The position numbers and the translations under genes were made by a program. Below the pieces are notes generated by a model. The model saw only the letters and a list, made by a program, of their open reading frames with translations. It had not been told where the DNA came from and did not search any database. Below are positions 24,701-36,734 of a DNA stretch of 43,207 nucleotides, one piece after another (positions within the stretch are counted from its first letter, which is position 1; every line of letters starts with the position of its first letter). The stretch is from Vezdaea acicularis (Eukaryota): assembly GCA_026025075.1 (NCBI GenBank), contig JAPEUI010000129.1, positions 1 through 43,207 of the forward strand, given 5' to 3'.

Positions 24701-26042
24701 GATGTAGCGGCACGCGATGTCTTGCCGATAATTTGAATGACCTTAAGGCCCAGATTGCTGCTAACCAGAAAGGGATCAACTTGATCAGCACTCTTATCGA
24801 AGACTATGGGGAGGATGTTGTCCAATTCTACATGATCAACATTCAGAATAATGCCGAGTTGAGCGTCCGAAATCTTCTAAAAGTCGTAAGCAAACGCTTT
24901 GAGGGGAAGGATCTTTCGGCTATCGACTACATGGACGACGGGAGTATGATCAAGCTCAAAGTAACTATTGATGGAGAAAAGGGGGAGGCAATCTTCGATT
25001 TTACAGGAACTGGCACTGAGGTTTATGGTAAGGTGCTCAGTACATGTGATCCCATGAAATTAACGTTATGAAAGGGAATATAAACGCGCCAAAAGCTGTC
25101 ACTTATTCTGCTATTATATACTGCCTCCGCTGCCTTATTTCTGACGATATTCCCCTCAATCAAGGTTGCTTGAAGCCAATTGACATCCGGATACCAGAAA
25201 AATCTTTTCTATCACCATCGGACGGTGCAGCAGTAGTGGGAGGTAATGTGCTTACGGTATCCCTACCTCTCTAAATATTTTGGTGCCTGAGCTAAATATG
25301 ATGTTCGCTGTAGAGTCAACGAGTCACAGACGTCGTTCTTAAAGCTTTCGATGCATGCGCCGCTTCACAAGGTGACTGTAACAACCTCACGTTTGGATTT
25401 GGCGGCAATCTTGAAGGAGAGGAAGAGACGAAAGGGTTTGGCTATTACGAGACCATCGCTGGTGGTAGCGGAGCTGTATGTCACTCATGACCATCACTAG
25501 CCCCTAATGTAAAAGCTTAACTTGATCAGGGTCCTGATTGGGATGGCACATCTGGCGTTCATACCCACATGACAAATACTCGCATCACTGACGCCGAGAT
25601 ATTCGAACGACGCTACCCAGTCATCTTACGAGAGTTCTCCCTACGTGCTCATTCCCGCGGTGACGGCCTCCACCCTGGCGGCGACGGCGTCACCCGCGAT
25701 ATTGAGTTTCGCATCCCCGTACAAGCCTCCATACTATCTGAACGCCGTGTTTTCCATCCCTATGGACTCAATGGGGGCGAGAGTGCTCAGTGCGGTCAGA
25801 ACTTTTGGATCCGTAAAGTACGCAAACCCGAAAGTGAGGAATGGGAGGAGAGGGTCATCAACCTCGGAGGAAAGAATACAGCAAAGATGGAAAGGGGCGA
25901 ACGAATAATTATATGTACCCCTGGCGGAGGTGGCTGGGGTAAAAAGGGCGGTGAGAGAGCTGTCAAAGCCGAGAAAGACCCCAGACATGCGTGGCGTGGT
26001 GGGAGTCTTCAGAGCAGATCACACGCTCAGGAGACGAACTGA
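21736..26042 (+). CDS. OXP1: 5-oxoprolinase (ATP-hydrolysing); exons 21736-21777, 21834-24282, 24335-25027, 25075-25256, 25314-25475, 25530-26042
   Basis: [78 protein letters not shown]. All five introns preserve the frame. Confidence 0.95.
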
Positions 26043-26177
26043 ATGGCGATGCTATACGTATAGTTAACCACCACACAAAGTAGGAAAGCACGCTTTGTGC
26101 ATTATCCCAAGCCGGCGTTAGTCGCCCATGCCCATGCACCTACGCTTCTATTAGCCTAGACCCGACAGCACAACCAC

Positions 26178-26982
26178 CTAGGATAACACACGATACCAAT
26201 CGCCATCTCCACCTATTTCCGTCTTCCTCCCCTGCGCCCTATCCCAAACAAAGATATCACCCCACAACCCCGCCCTCGCACCCCTCGCCCTCCCCCCCTC
26301 CCTTCTCCCACGCCCATCGCCATCTCTACTCGGCTCTGGCACCTCCACGACCCCCCCTTGCGGCTGCGGAGCCTCCAGACTGAAATTCCCCCATTTCCGC
26401 TCAATCCCGAACTTCTTGACTAGTTCCTCGGCCACCAGCATGTCTGCGGCGCTGATGACCTTGCTCCTCACGCCCCGCCGACTGTGTCGGTAGGTACACT
26501 CGCATCGCCCCTGGCAGTAGGTCACGAATATGTCCCATATGAGCGGATCGGCGTGGGTGGGCAGGCAGATGGCTGGGGTGACGGTGTGTGGAGATTCTAG
26601 AAAATGGGCCTATGCGTTAAGGGTGAGGTAAGCAAGGTGGACGTGCGGAGTTGAGGGGAGCAAGCTAGCAGAACAAATACGGTAGGGAGGAAGGGAAGGG
26701 CTTAGGGCTAAGGGTTTAGGGGGTGAGTGGACTCACGCGTTCGCATTGGCACCCGGCAGTCTTCTGCAGCGTGTCGGTTGAGAAGGCGCACAGGTCTGTC
26801 AAGCTCTTGTAGAAGGCGGCAGATGTGCTTGGGGGGTAAAGCATTGGGCTGGGGGGAAGCTCCCCCGTGCAGATGATGTACGGCGCTGTGGAGTCGGCGG
26901 GGTCGTCGGTATACGCTGTGATATGGGGAACGAGGAGGTAGGTAAGGAGTAAGAAAATGGATGTGTGGGGCCAGTTAGCCAT
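26178..26982 (-). CDS. Small secreted cysteine-rich protein, 225 aa (exons 26982-26737, 26609-26178)
   Basis: Signal-peptide-like MANWPHTSIFLLLTYLLVPHITA. A phase-0 intron GTGAGT...CTTAAC..TAG joins the two track ORFs. The mature part has 8 Cys, including CQC and CQGRCEC. Confidence 0.75.
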
Positions 26983-27289
26983 TGTTTGGGTCGAATACGA
27001 ACCAGATTGTTCGTTGCCATGGGAGGGGGACTCGGTTGGTTATGGAGTTTATATCATTTCAAAGGTTCTTCTTCCTGCAGGTGAGTGATTTAGACCCGGC
27101 ATCGGAGGACGTCATGCTGTTCCCACCGTGTTTTTTTCGGGTGAGGCACAAGTACGCGAAAAGCTTGGAGTTCGATGGCACAGACCATGCGTTCCGCCGT
27201 CCCGCCGTCCCGCCGTCCCTGAAACTCTAATCCCAAATCTCAAACAACCGCTCCCGCCTAGCGTAAAGGAGAGCCGCAATCCGCTTTCC

Positions 27290-28823
27290 CTAAATCAGCC
27301 CCTTCTCCTTCCAGCCCTTTTCGAGCTCTAAGCAGCTCCTCACGCTGGCGCACACGCTCGTCTCCAAGTCTGTGTACTTCCAGTCCTCGCCGAACACTTC
27401 ATAGGACCGGCTGGTATCCCATTCGCAGGGCACCACGCCCTTTGGGATGATCTCTGTCGGGTTCCCTTCTATCACGCGGGAGTGCAGCTCAGGGAAGTTT
27501 TTGCGGATTGCATTGATCACCAGCTGCGGCGTCAAAAGACCGGCCACGAGGATGATACGCTTATTCGCTGCGGCGGGGCGCGTGAAGGCCAAGATCGTGG
27601 CGAGAGAGACGTCGCGGACATCAACCTAGACATATCAGGTTCGCGTCAGCCAGCGCCCCATATACAGCTCCGCGGTAGGCGGAAGGAAAGAGCAAGGTCA
27701 GCGCACAAACTGATAGAACGTGAATTTCAGTCCCTCGATCTCCTTAAAGGTCCCTCGCAGAAAGTTATACACGAAGTACATCACGGTGCCATAGAAGGAT
27801 TTCGGGTCTGGGTTCGCCTGCAAGACGGGCCCGAGCACGATGTCGGGATTCAGCACGACAAAGTCGAACTTGGGCTTCTTGGCGGCCATCCACGCCCATG
27901 CGGCGCGCTCCGATTCGATCTTCGAAACCACGTAGCCGAGTCCGCCGGACTTGGAGGCGATGGCGACCGCGGGGGTGGTCTGTCGTGGGGACAGGGCGTT
28001 AGCATGATGCCGTAGGGATAGAGAGGAGCTGTGAAAATAGACTCTACTGGGTAAACCAGTAGAACAACGAAATCCAGTATTGCCAGCATGGCAGCAAAGG
28101 TTATCAAAGCCAATCAAGCATCACGACCACGATAGGTATAAGAAAGGGGCAGAATCTCACCGGATTCCAGTCTTCCTCCGAATACGGCTTTTCCACGGGT
28201 TTACTCTCATCCCGAAGCGTATTCTCAATCGCCGAGGTACTGCCCATGAGGATGAACCTCTTCAGTCTCTCCCCGCCATAATTGCTACAGCACTCCAGCA
28301 ATCCGATGACCCTAGCACAACCATCTATTAGCCATATCCTCATCAACCTCCCCCCCCAAGCCCACCCCATCAAAATTCAACAATAAAAAGGGCACATACC
28401 CAGCAATAGTCGGATCAATCAACTCCTTCTGAAAGTCCGTAGCATAGAAATTGATCGAACTCGCCGCATGAACGACGTAATCAAACCCATTCCCCCCCTC
28501 TCCCGCCCGCTCCCGGAAAACGCCCTCGAACGCGCCATCGGCGGCAACATCGGCAACGCTCACAAAATCAACCTTCGATTTCCAGGACGGATGACGATCG
28601 AGTATCACCTGCGCTTTGGCGGGAGTGCGTACGGAGCCAGTGACTCTATATCCACGCTGTTTTTCTCGTCAATCACATGTGTTAATGGGTGGTGAAACGG
28701 GGATAGTGAGGGGATTGGAGGGGAAGGGGACGCCGTATATACCTCGAGCAAGTCGGCGATGAGCTGCGTCGCGATGTAGCCGTTCGCTCCGGTCAGGAGA
28801 ACGTGCGGTGACTCGTTTGCCAT
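27290..28823 (-). CDS. NAD(P)-dependent epimerase/dehydratase-family (extended SDR, Gre2/aldehyde-reductase-like); exons 28823-28743, 28656-28400, 28311-28161, 27979-27707, 27625-27290
   Basis: VLLTGANGYIA Rossmann motif, VVHAAS, YSEEDWNP, catalytic YVVSK, FVDVRDV; four frame-consistent introns. Confidence 0.9.
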
Positions 28824-29783
28824 GGTCGAGGATGCCAGTGTAACGTTAAGGTAGGGCTACAGCTGTGAGACATGGTGCGGGGGGGTTGTTTGCTGAGGTG
28901 GGGAGGGCAGGGGTTTGACAGCGCACATTCGGGTCGGACGCTGATTGGGTCCGTTTCGAAGGCCATGCGAGGAGCTGCGGGCGAATCAAAGCGCAGGCCA
29001 AGCCTATACCAACACCATTGCATACATGTCACAAAATGGATACAAAAGTCAATTAAAGAATCTTTCCTTCTCTTTTTCGTCTGCTAGCAGAGCATCTAAC
29101 TGCAGCGTATCTAAGATGCGCGGCCAACAGCACAGAGATGGGCAGCAATAGCTTAGCTAGCTCATTCCATCATCATCAAGCAAATAAATCAGACGAGCAC
29201 AATTGCTCTCTGTTCGTATAGTCGTGAAAGGCAACGCTAGAGATCCGCCACCCAGAGTTTCCGTGCAAATGCAGAGTAAACAAGCCCGCCGCGGAGTAAC
29301 TAAAACCGTGATTCTACAAACCCATCCATGCAAGGTTGAAGCAAACGCGTGTAAGTGGCAAAAATGCCGCTTTCCGATTCCTGAGACGCCAAGTACTAGA
29401 TATGTGTTATAGAGCTTCTGGCCGTCAGAGTGTTGATTGTAGGCAGCATCAAAGCAGCTTGGAGGAGCGATTTTATGATGAGAGTGTGTACGTGTCGTGA
29501 ATTGCACGTACGGTGTCAGATACCGTTAGATCGATCTGGATGCAATGTTGAAGCCAGAGTATAATGATGGTGATGTGGACGATGTAAAGAAGGTAAGTCG
29601 TATGGTGATCATAGGTAAGGAAGGTACTCTCGCCTAAGGGGTCCATTTGGACCAGCCAGAAGGTTTAAACGGAGACTAGCTGTATCCTGATCGCCTCCAA
29701 ATCTTAACAGGTGCCTGCACGAAGTACAGCAAAGAGAGGCTGCACGGTTCAATGCGGTATCCAGTGCCAATCCACCAAATGAA

Positions 29784-32700
29784 TCAGATATCAACCATTT
29801 CAGTGTCAATCGCCAGAACGTCATCGGCTGGACCCCAGTTTCCCTCAAACACGGTTGCCCCTGCTCTCCTGCGATCCTCTGCCCATCGAACACCCATAGT
29901 TTGGAGTACCTCATCTGCTATCGGACGTTCAGAGGGCTCAGGTGTGATCATCCACTTGATTACACGTTCTAAGGCCTCTCCGTGTTGAGCGTCTTTCATA
30001 AAGTTGGGAGGTGTTACGAGCTCTCCGTGTCGACTAAGACCGGGGTGGCCGGACTCTGATGTATCTCTGCGGACCTTTGGCTTTGGTTGAGAGAGGAATG
30101 CAAGGTCATCTTCGCCAGAATCAGAAACGTAAAGGGTGTCAAAGGACTCTTGCTGCTCAAGAGGGTTCCCGGTGGAATCTCGGAAGATTGTACTATCAGT
30201 GCTCCATGTGAGAGACGGAACATCACTGATGTCTCCGTTTCTTAGTTTATGCCAGCTAGGTCCATTGTCCGGAAGTTCGACGTTGCCCGCAATTTCGACC
30301 ATGATGAGGCCGAGCGCAAAAATGTCGGCGGGTTTATCGTATCTACCCCCGAGGACCTCTCTTGCGATATACTCGCGATCACCTTCGGCTTCGAGATTTT
30401 GGGCGGCAGGCCATTTGGTAGCCATACCAAAATCTGCAATCTTGAGCACGCCCTCAAAGGTGATTAGAACATTGGCAGGCTTGAGATCGAGATGAATGAA
30501 TCCATGGTCGTGGATATGTTTTACGCCCTAAAAATAGAATATCAGCAAAGCGTTGGTCACTAGAGTAAATTTGACGGCTTACAAGAGCAAGCTCAAGGAG
30601 CACCTTCCAGATTCGGAAGTCATCAAGTCTAGCCTTCCTCCCTACTTGAGCCAAGAAAAGGTCAAGGCTTCCCTCTTCACAAAATTCGGTCTGGATGTAC
30701 AGATGGTTTTTCTCTTCCCAAGAGTCGAAGTAGTGGACAATATGATCGCCTTGACCCAAAGCTTTAAGAGCGACGATTTCCTGTCGTTTTCTCTCACGGT
30801 CTTTCATCCCTGTATATGGCTTTCTGGACATTTTAATGGCGTAAACCCGATCGACGACCGATGTGACAGGCGATCCTCCCGAAGTTGCCAGAGGAGAGCT
30901 ATTTGAGAAGATCGGGACTGCCGGAACCAATCCAGCTGATTTCGACACGCGATAGACATGCGAAAACTCTCCAGAACCAATCAATTCAACTTTGTCAAAT
31001 CTTGACGTCAAAGTACTATCCGCTGGTACGAATCCTGCTATAGGGTTGATGCTCGATCGGCGTGGTCGATTCTGCTGAAAGTAATCTCTTGGTGCAGTTG
31101 GAGTCGCAGGAGGAAATGATGATGGGCTGCTGCTAGCCTGGTGTTCTATGTTTGTATTTTGTCCAGCCGGTTGGCCCGATTTTATTGCCATACTCCCAGT
31201 AGTACCTACGGCACTCTCCTGGGGCGTATGGGGAGATACTCGTGACGAAAAGTCTAGCTTACTGACTGGGCTCACTGGGTCGGAGGAGCTTGGCTTAGCA
31301 ACGAGTTCTGTACGAGTAGAGAAGAAAGAGGTCGAAGTCAGACGAGACTTTGACAAGGCTGATGCGGACGATTTGTGAGAGCGGCGCAAACCGCAAACCC
31401 GCACGTGCGCAGCAGAAGCTGAACCGTAGGGTAAGCGTTTGACCAGATGGGTGGGAGAGTCATCAAACATTCCATCACTCTCCCCTTCATAACTTCCATG
31501 GGGCAATTCAAGTTGAATAAACTTACTGTTCTGCTCTGTTTGGGAGGTAAACCCAAATGCCGATGTTGAAGGAGCTATACCGCTGTCTCCAAAAGCCCTT
31601 TTTCCAAAGTCCTTCGGCACTGTTGCGGCGCCTGGGACTGCATCCGTGACATGGCCGAAACCAGATTTGGTTGGCGTTGGCGGGAGATCATAGTCACTGT
31701 TCTGGCTATCAGCTCTACCGTCAAGCAGGTGATCTTCGTCACAATCCACGCTGACGAAGCTGTTGCGCCGTGCAAGACTAGACCGGAGGAAGCTATTTCC
31801 GAAGATGCTCAACCCTTTTCCGAAGGTGCCGGGAATCGTCTTTGAGGCGTGTGTGCTAAATGGAGTCGACGGAGTTCCAAACTCGGGTTGTGCTAACGCA
31901 GGCTTGCCGAAAGTTCCTCCCGGGTGAACGGGGGAGTCTGAAAAGATTATTGTAGATTTCTTGCATGGAGTGTCTGGCATCTGAGCCTTACTCACGGCCC
32001 TGCCATAGGTCAGATCCTCAAGAGTGCGGTTCCGCTTAGAAATCAGCCCAGTAGACATGAAAGCAGGTTGATAGGGTCGGATGAAGTTGTGAGAATCAGG
32101 GGTGGCATAAGACGGATCTGATGGGTGTTCCTTCGCTAAAGAGTTCTGCGAAACTTGACTGTTACTGGTCGGTCGAAATGCACCAGGTGGTAGAGATTTT
32201 GAAAAGTCCACCCTATTACGTGGGCGAATTGGATGGTGAGTAGGAACGTGAGTTGGAGAGTCATCGACGATGCTTGAGCCTGATGATGACTGAGTGATAG
32301 TCCTTGATAGAGGATGAGGTTGATGCTGAGGCGGACCACAAGGATGCGCCATTGGATGTAGTGATGAACTTGGTAGAGCACCGTTAGATGAAAATGGGCT
32401 GTCGCGAGGCATGGGAGCAAGATAGTTGTCTAATGACATCCTTGGTCGTCCCTTTGGGGCGCTTAAATCGGCGTTAGGCCTTGATCGGGCAAAGGTAGGT
32501 CTTTCATTGTTGTGTCGTTGAGAGAGCGTTGACTTGCGCAAGGAGGACGACCGCTTGGGCATAGGTGTAGTGGATCCCTCATTTAATGTCTCCTGAGTAT
32601 CAGACATCTCGAAATCCGCACAGTTCTCGTCCGCAGAAGCACCACCAGCGCTCCCATCGTGCGAGTCAGTCGCAGAACCAAGCTCAAAGATGTTAAAGTC

Positions 32701-33417
32701 GGCTTCGTGAGATGGTCCATGTAGGCTTCGCCGCTTAGCAGCCGGGCTCCCGAGGCTGGCTTGGTCGAGGTTCATGATCCCATCACTTCGTTTTAAAGGG
32801 CTAGCTGTCGCACTAGAGGATCCACCGAAGCCGAAATCCACCTTATCATAAGGAAGTAGGTGTTGATGTCGAATCCCCTCGAAGGTGTCTTCTCGGCTAT
32901 GTTTATGGTCTGTTGCGGGGCTCAGACTACGGTTCTTGCGGCGTTCGACACCAAATCGCATTCTCGATGGAGATGCAGGTATCGCATTCCCGTTATCACG
33001 ACATTCGCTGAGAGCACGCTTTGCTGGACTGTCAGGAGACGCCCGAGTTCTTGAAGATGGCCGGGATACAGCTGATCGCCTGGCAGATGTTCGATTGATC
33101 CTGGAACTTGGAGGGAATGGAATTGCGAGAGGCGAAGGTGAGCAACTTGGTGTTGTTGATGTGAATCTACTCGCGGACGCGGGTCGTGGTGGAGGCGAGG
33201 GCTGCGATGGGGACAGCGGTGACTTAGGCGATGGAGAAGTTGAGTTGCTGGTGATAAATCGAAATGCAGGCTTTGACGGCGACCGAGAGAGCGATCTTCG
33301 AAGGGAGCGGATTGCAGAGGTTGTGTTGTCTGTCTGACGAAGACGTGAATGCGTTGGTGAAGATAGAAGTAGAGTACCACCGCTGTCTGCGCAGTGCGGA
33401 GAGTAGGTGGGGACCAT
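29784..33417 (-). CDS. wee1: Wee1/Swe1-family CDK-inhibitory kinase (intron 30582-30528; probable in-frame intron 31526-31275)
   Basis: IGSGEFSHV, LYIQTEFCEEGSL, HLDLKPAN after splicing, DFGMA, Wee1-type EGDREY; long Ser/Pro-rich N-terminus with many SP/TP sites. Confidence 0.93.
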
Positions 33418-33897
33418 TCTGATCTTGCCAAGCCAAGGTGGGCTTTATCGAGCTATGCAAGGCAGATTGAGCGAGTATGGCAGAAGCCCCGAAATGAAGG
33501 GAGATTAGATTCCTCTAGAAGTGCAGAATAGATTGATGTCAGCCTCGGGATTCTTATGAAGTTTTTGTAACACGTTATTTTTGTTTCCACCAACTCAACC
33601 AGCACAGTGTGTGGTGTTATGAACGTTGTTCAGTAAGGCGCACACTCTGGGAAGTGTTATCAAAGTGACTCACTCTGAGGCATCAAGCAACAGCACAAGT
33701 CCGATCACCGAGGGATAGGGCGTTTGACTTTGACAGATGACCAGCAGGATATACTAGCAGGAATGCCGAGAAAGTGTTATTGTTGATGGCAGAGTGTTGG
33801 AAAGAATGTCTGGTCACCGGGCAGCTGGGGCACCTTAAGTTCGTTCGAAAGCAAAAAGGTTGGGCCAACAACAGAGTGGATCAAGTCATCTTTGGCG

Positions 33898-34345
33898 CGC
33901 GTGGTGGATCTACAACGACTCGGCCCACCGGAGGCACCTTCTTTCTATCATGCAGCGACTTGAGATGTTTGGGAAACTTGAATCGTGAGGAAAGTGTTGC
34001 GCGTCCGTTTGGCCGTGTTTTGTTGACAGCGCGATGACCTGGTGGCAAAAGAACCCGATGCGGCAAGAACACGTCGTGGGGTCGTCAAAATGTAAACAAA
34101 GCACAGCCCTACCCTCAATGCGCGCGAGTATATACGGAGGCTCGAGGGCTGGAAATGGCAACGAGGAATGTAAAGCAGTTGAGGAAAGTCGCTGACAGAG
34201 GTATTCGAAGTGGTCCGAAAAGTCTTAAGGGGTTTGCAGGACGTCAATTTCCCAGAAAGAGCTATGGCGGCGCGGTGTTTAGAACTCTCCCTGATAGCGC
34301 GTCGATCCGAGGGACTCCAGTGTCACGTGCATCACCCTTCACGCG
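33898..34345. promoter_or_regulatory. Cluster of MCB-like ACGCG cores upstream of wee1
   Basis: CGCGT at 33898, 34000 and 34298, ACGCG at 34341, i.e. 0.5-0.9 kb upstream of the wee1 ATG; none is a full ACGCGT. Confidence 0.3.
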
Positions 34346-36734
34346 ACGCCATTGGCCACTGGGAACCTTTCGTCAACAAACGAACGCCAAGACAGCGGGA
34401 AGGCGGCTGCAGGGTTCTCCGGGTGTTCTCAGGGTCTGAAGAATACCGTGAGCGGACTCAGATATCATACAAGTGGCCCCGTCAAGTTCCCCCGTAAGGA
34501 GTCGCATGCATGCCACAGTTGCAGCTACAGGTTGTTCTCGTTGACATTCGTTAGTTCGTGCATGTTCCATCACTTAAGGCACGCTCTTTGAGCAAAGACA
34601 ATGGGCGTGAGCCTTGGCGCGAATTGGATGAGGAAGCATGTGAGTGTTTAGCCATCAAAGAGGGGAACATTCTGAAGGCGCTGCCAGATCGGAGATCATG
34701 TCATAGTGACTCTGAGACTGCCGCAGGGGCTTGGGCAGGATTCCTGGGAACATCAACCTCTCACGCTCATACGGAAGCCTACGGATGCTGAATAGTGGTC
34801 CAAGCGTGCATGTCGAAGTGGGGAAAAAAGACGAACGGCCGTTGGACTCGCTTTAGTCGCATCCTTTGCCCTTCGGTACGTGAGGCCATCGACGCTATCG
34901 ACCGTTATCGAGAGGCGAGTGGGAGAGCCACAATCGCGGGTACGGTACGGATGCCATGCTTTGGATGCTCAACGAGCATTCTAAAAATGACTACTGGAGA
35001 ACCGCGATCATGATTGGCATATGGTGTTCTCGCGGCGTTTGATTTGTAGAACCCTCACGTTCAAGTTGTATTGCAATTGGATTGGTTTCCATCTTGGTCC
35101 AGCACACTGACTACTGTAGATGGTTGACTGAGCATTGATCGTGAAACAGTCGCTTTCATGAGGATGAGCTCGATCGGACTCTGCCCACGCAGCACGGTCA
35201 GAATGAATGTGACATGGTTTGAGAATGGTTGTTGGATTTTTTCAGTGATTTTTAGGGTCTTTTTCGGAAGGGTTACCTCGATTTCCCATGCTCAAGGTCA
35301 TTTTCTGTTACATGTTGTTTAATACGCCCGGGATAGACTTGGCTTTTAAGCGATCTTCAACCCAACGGAACGGGAAAAGGGCATACCACTTTTCATGTCA
35401 ACGAGTGCCTGTGTAGTTATATCTAGCATCATCCATGAGCTTGCTGAACTTTGTTTGAACTCTATCTCATCAAAACTGTAAATACATGATCACGCTGAGT
35501 GAATGGCCTCAGCTGCGGAAGTCACAAGATCAGGGCCCAAGCTCGGATGGAGCACCCACCAGTGAAGCGACGCCTCTACCGCCACACACCCACACGTTGG
35601 TCGAAGGAAGACTGTTCGCTGTTCCTGACTGGCGGCCTTACGAGCGCGCAGGGAATATTCCCCGAAATCCAGGATTTATCCACCTTTCTCCGGCGTCGAA
35701 AACTCGTTGAACGCAAGACTCCCCCGCTTCTATGAAAGGGTTGAAAAAGAGTCATGACGTAACGAACTCTTTCTCAGCGAATTCTCCGGGCTCCGGCTGT
35801 CAACACCGCCCTTCCTCTCGACAGTGCCCGCCCAAGCCTCCGCGGCACCCTTTGCGTTTCCAGGCGAGACGACGAGCAGACACTATAGCGCAGCGAGAAA
35901 GCGCAGGATCTCTCCCTGGAGCCTCTGGAAACCAGCCACGAAGTCGATCTCACCGGTAAGAAGAGCTGGCTACCCGACAATCCGGGGTCTTGCCTGCTTG
36001 GCTGCCAATTCTCTGTTCACTGCGCTGTACTTTTGTGCCCGCGCGTTAGACCGACGCCACGTTGTCCATCATCACTCGCCGCCCAACGGCGCCGCCAACC
36101 ACTACCGAAACGCGATTTCTCTCTTCCGCGACCTATTCTCGTACCTTCTTCCCCCAACTGCACGCCAACCAGCGCAACACACTGTAGCATAGGCCAAGCA
36201 GTCACTCCAAAGCCACGCAAAGAGGCGCCACCATACTTCGAAGGAACCTCGCCTTTCCCCCCGAATTCCTCCTCAATGGTCAGCTCTGGCCCGGCACCCC
36301 GTTAAGCAAGTCGTCAACAGATCTTTTCGCGGCAGACCGCAGCAGATGTCGCTACATCTCTCGCACCCACAATATCACCAGTCAGCTCAAGCCGCCAGGC
36401 CTCTCGATCGACTCGTCAACATTCTCTATCTACGAATCGGCAGATTTAATCCCAGTCAGTCGGAAGCTGCTCAGTCCAGTAGTACGCTGTTGTCGTCTAG
36501 AACCACTCCCCTCGGCAGTCTCAATATACGTGGTACTTAGACGAAACTTTTGCAACAACGCGTTACAGCATCATTCGTGCAGGCAGGAGTGAAGTCGGGT
36601 CGAAACATATATCGTGATCTAGCCAGTAAGGAGCTTTGAGAGGTGCCTGGATGACTCCTCTGTGATTGGTCCGCTCCATCGAGCTGCCTTTTAGCAGGTC
36701 CTCCGGTGTGTCGGCCACGAGAGGTCAACCTGAT

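Noticed and set aside
26701..26722. Telomere-like TTAGGG variants (also near 17160-17190)
   Set aside because: Only 2-3 imperfect units inside an intron or 3' UTR; low-complexity sequence.
27980..28161. Possible [D1,2] stwintron in the reductase gene
   Set aside because: Two-step splicing would shift the frame, whereas a single GT-AG intron restores it.
36666..36734. Track start extensions at non-ATG or upstream codons (also 21816, 19155, 21200)
   Set aside because: Bacterial-style starts or intron read-through; eukaryotic ATGs and splice sites explain the genes better.
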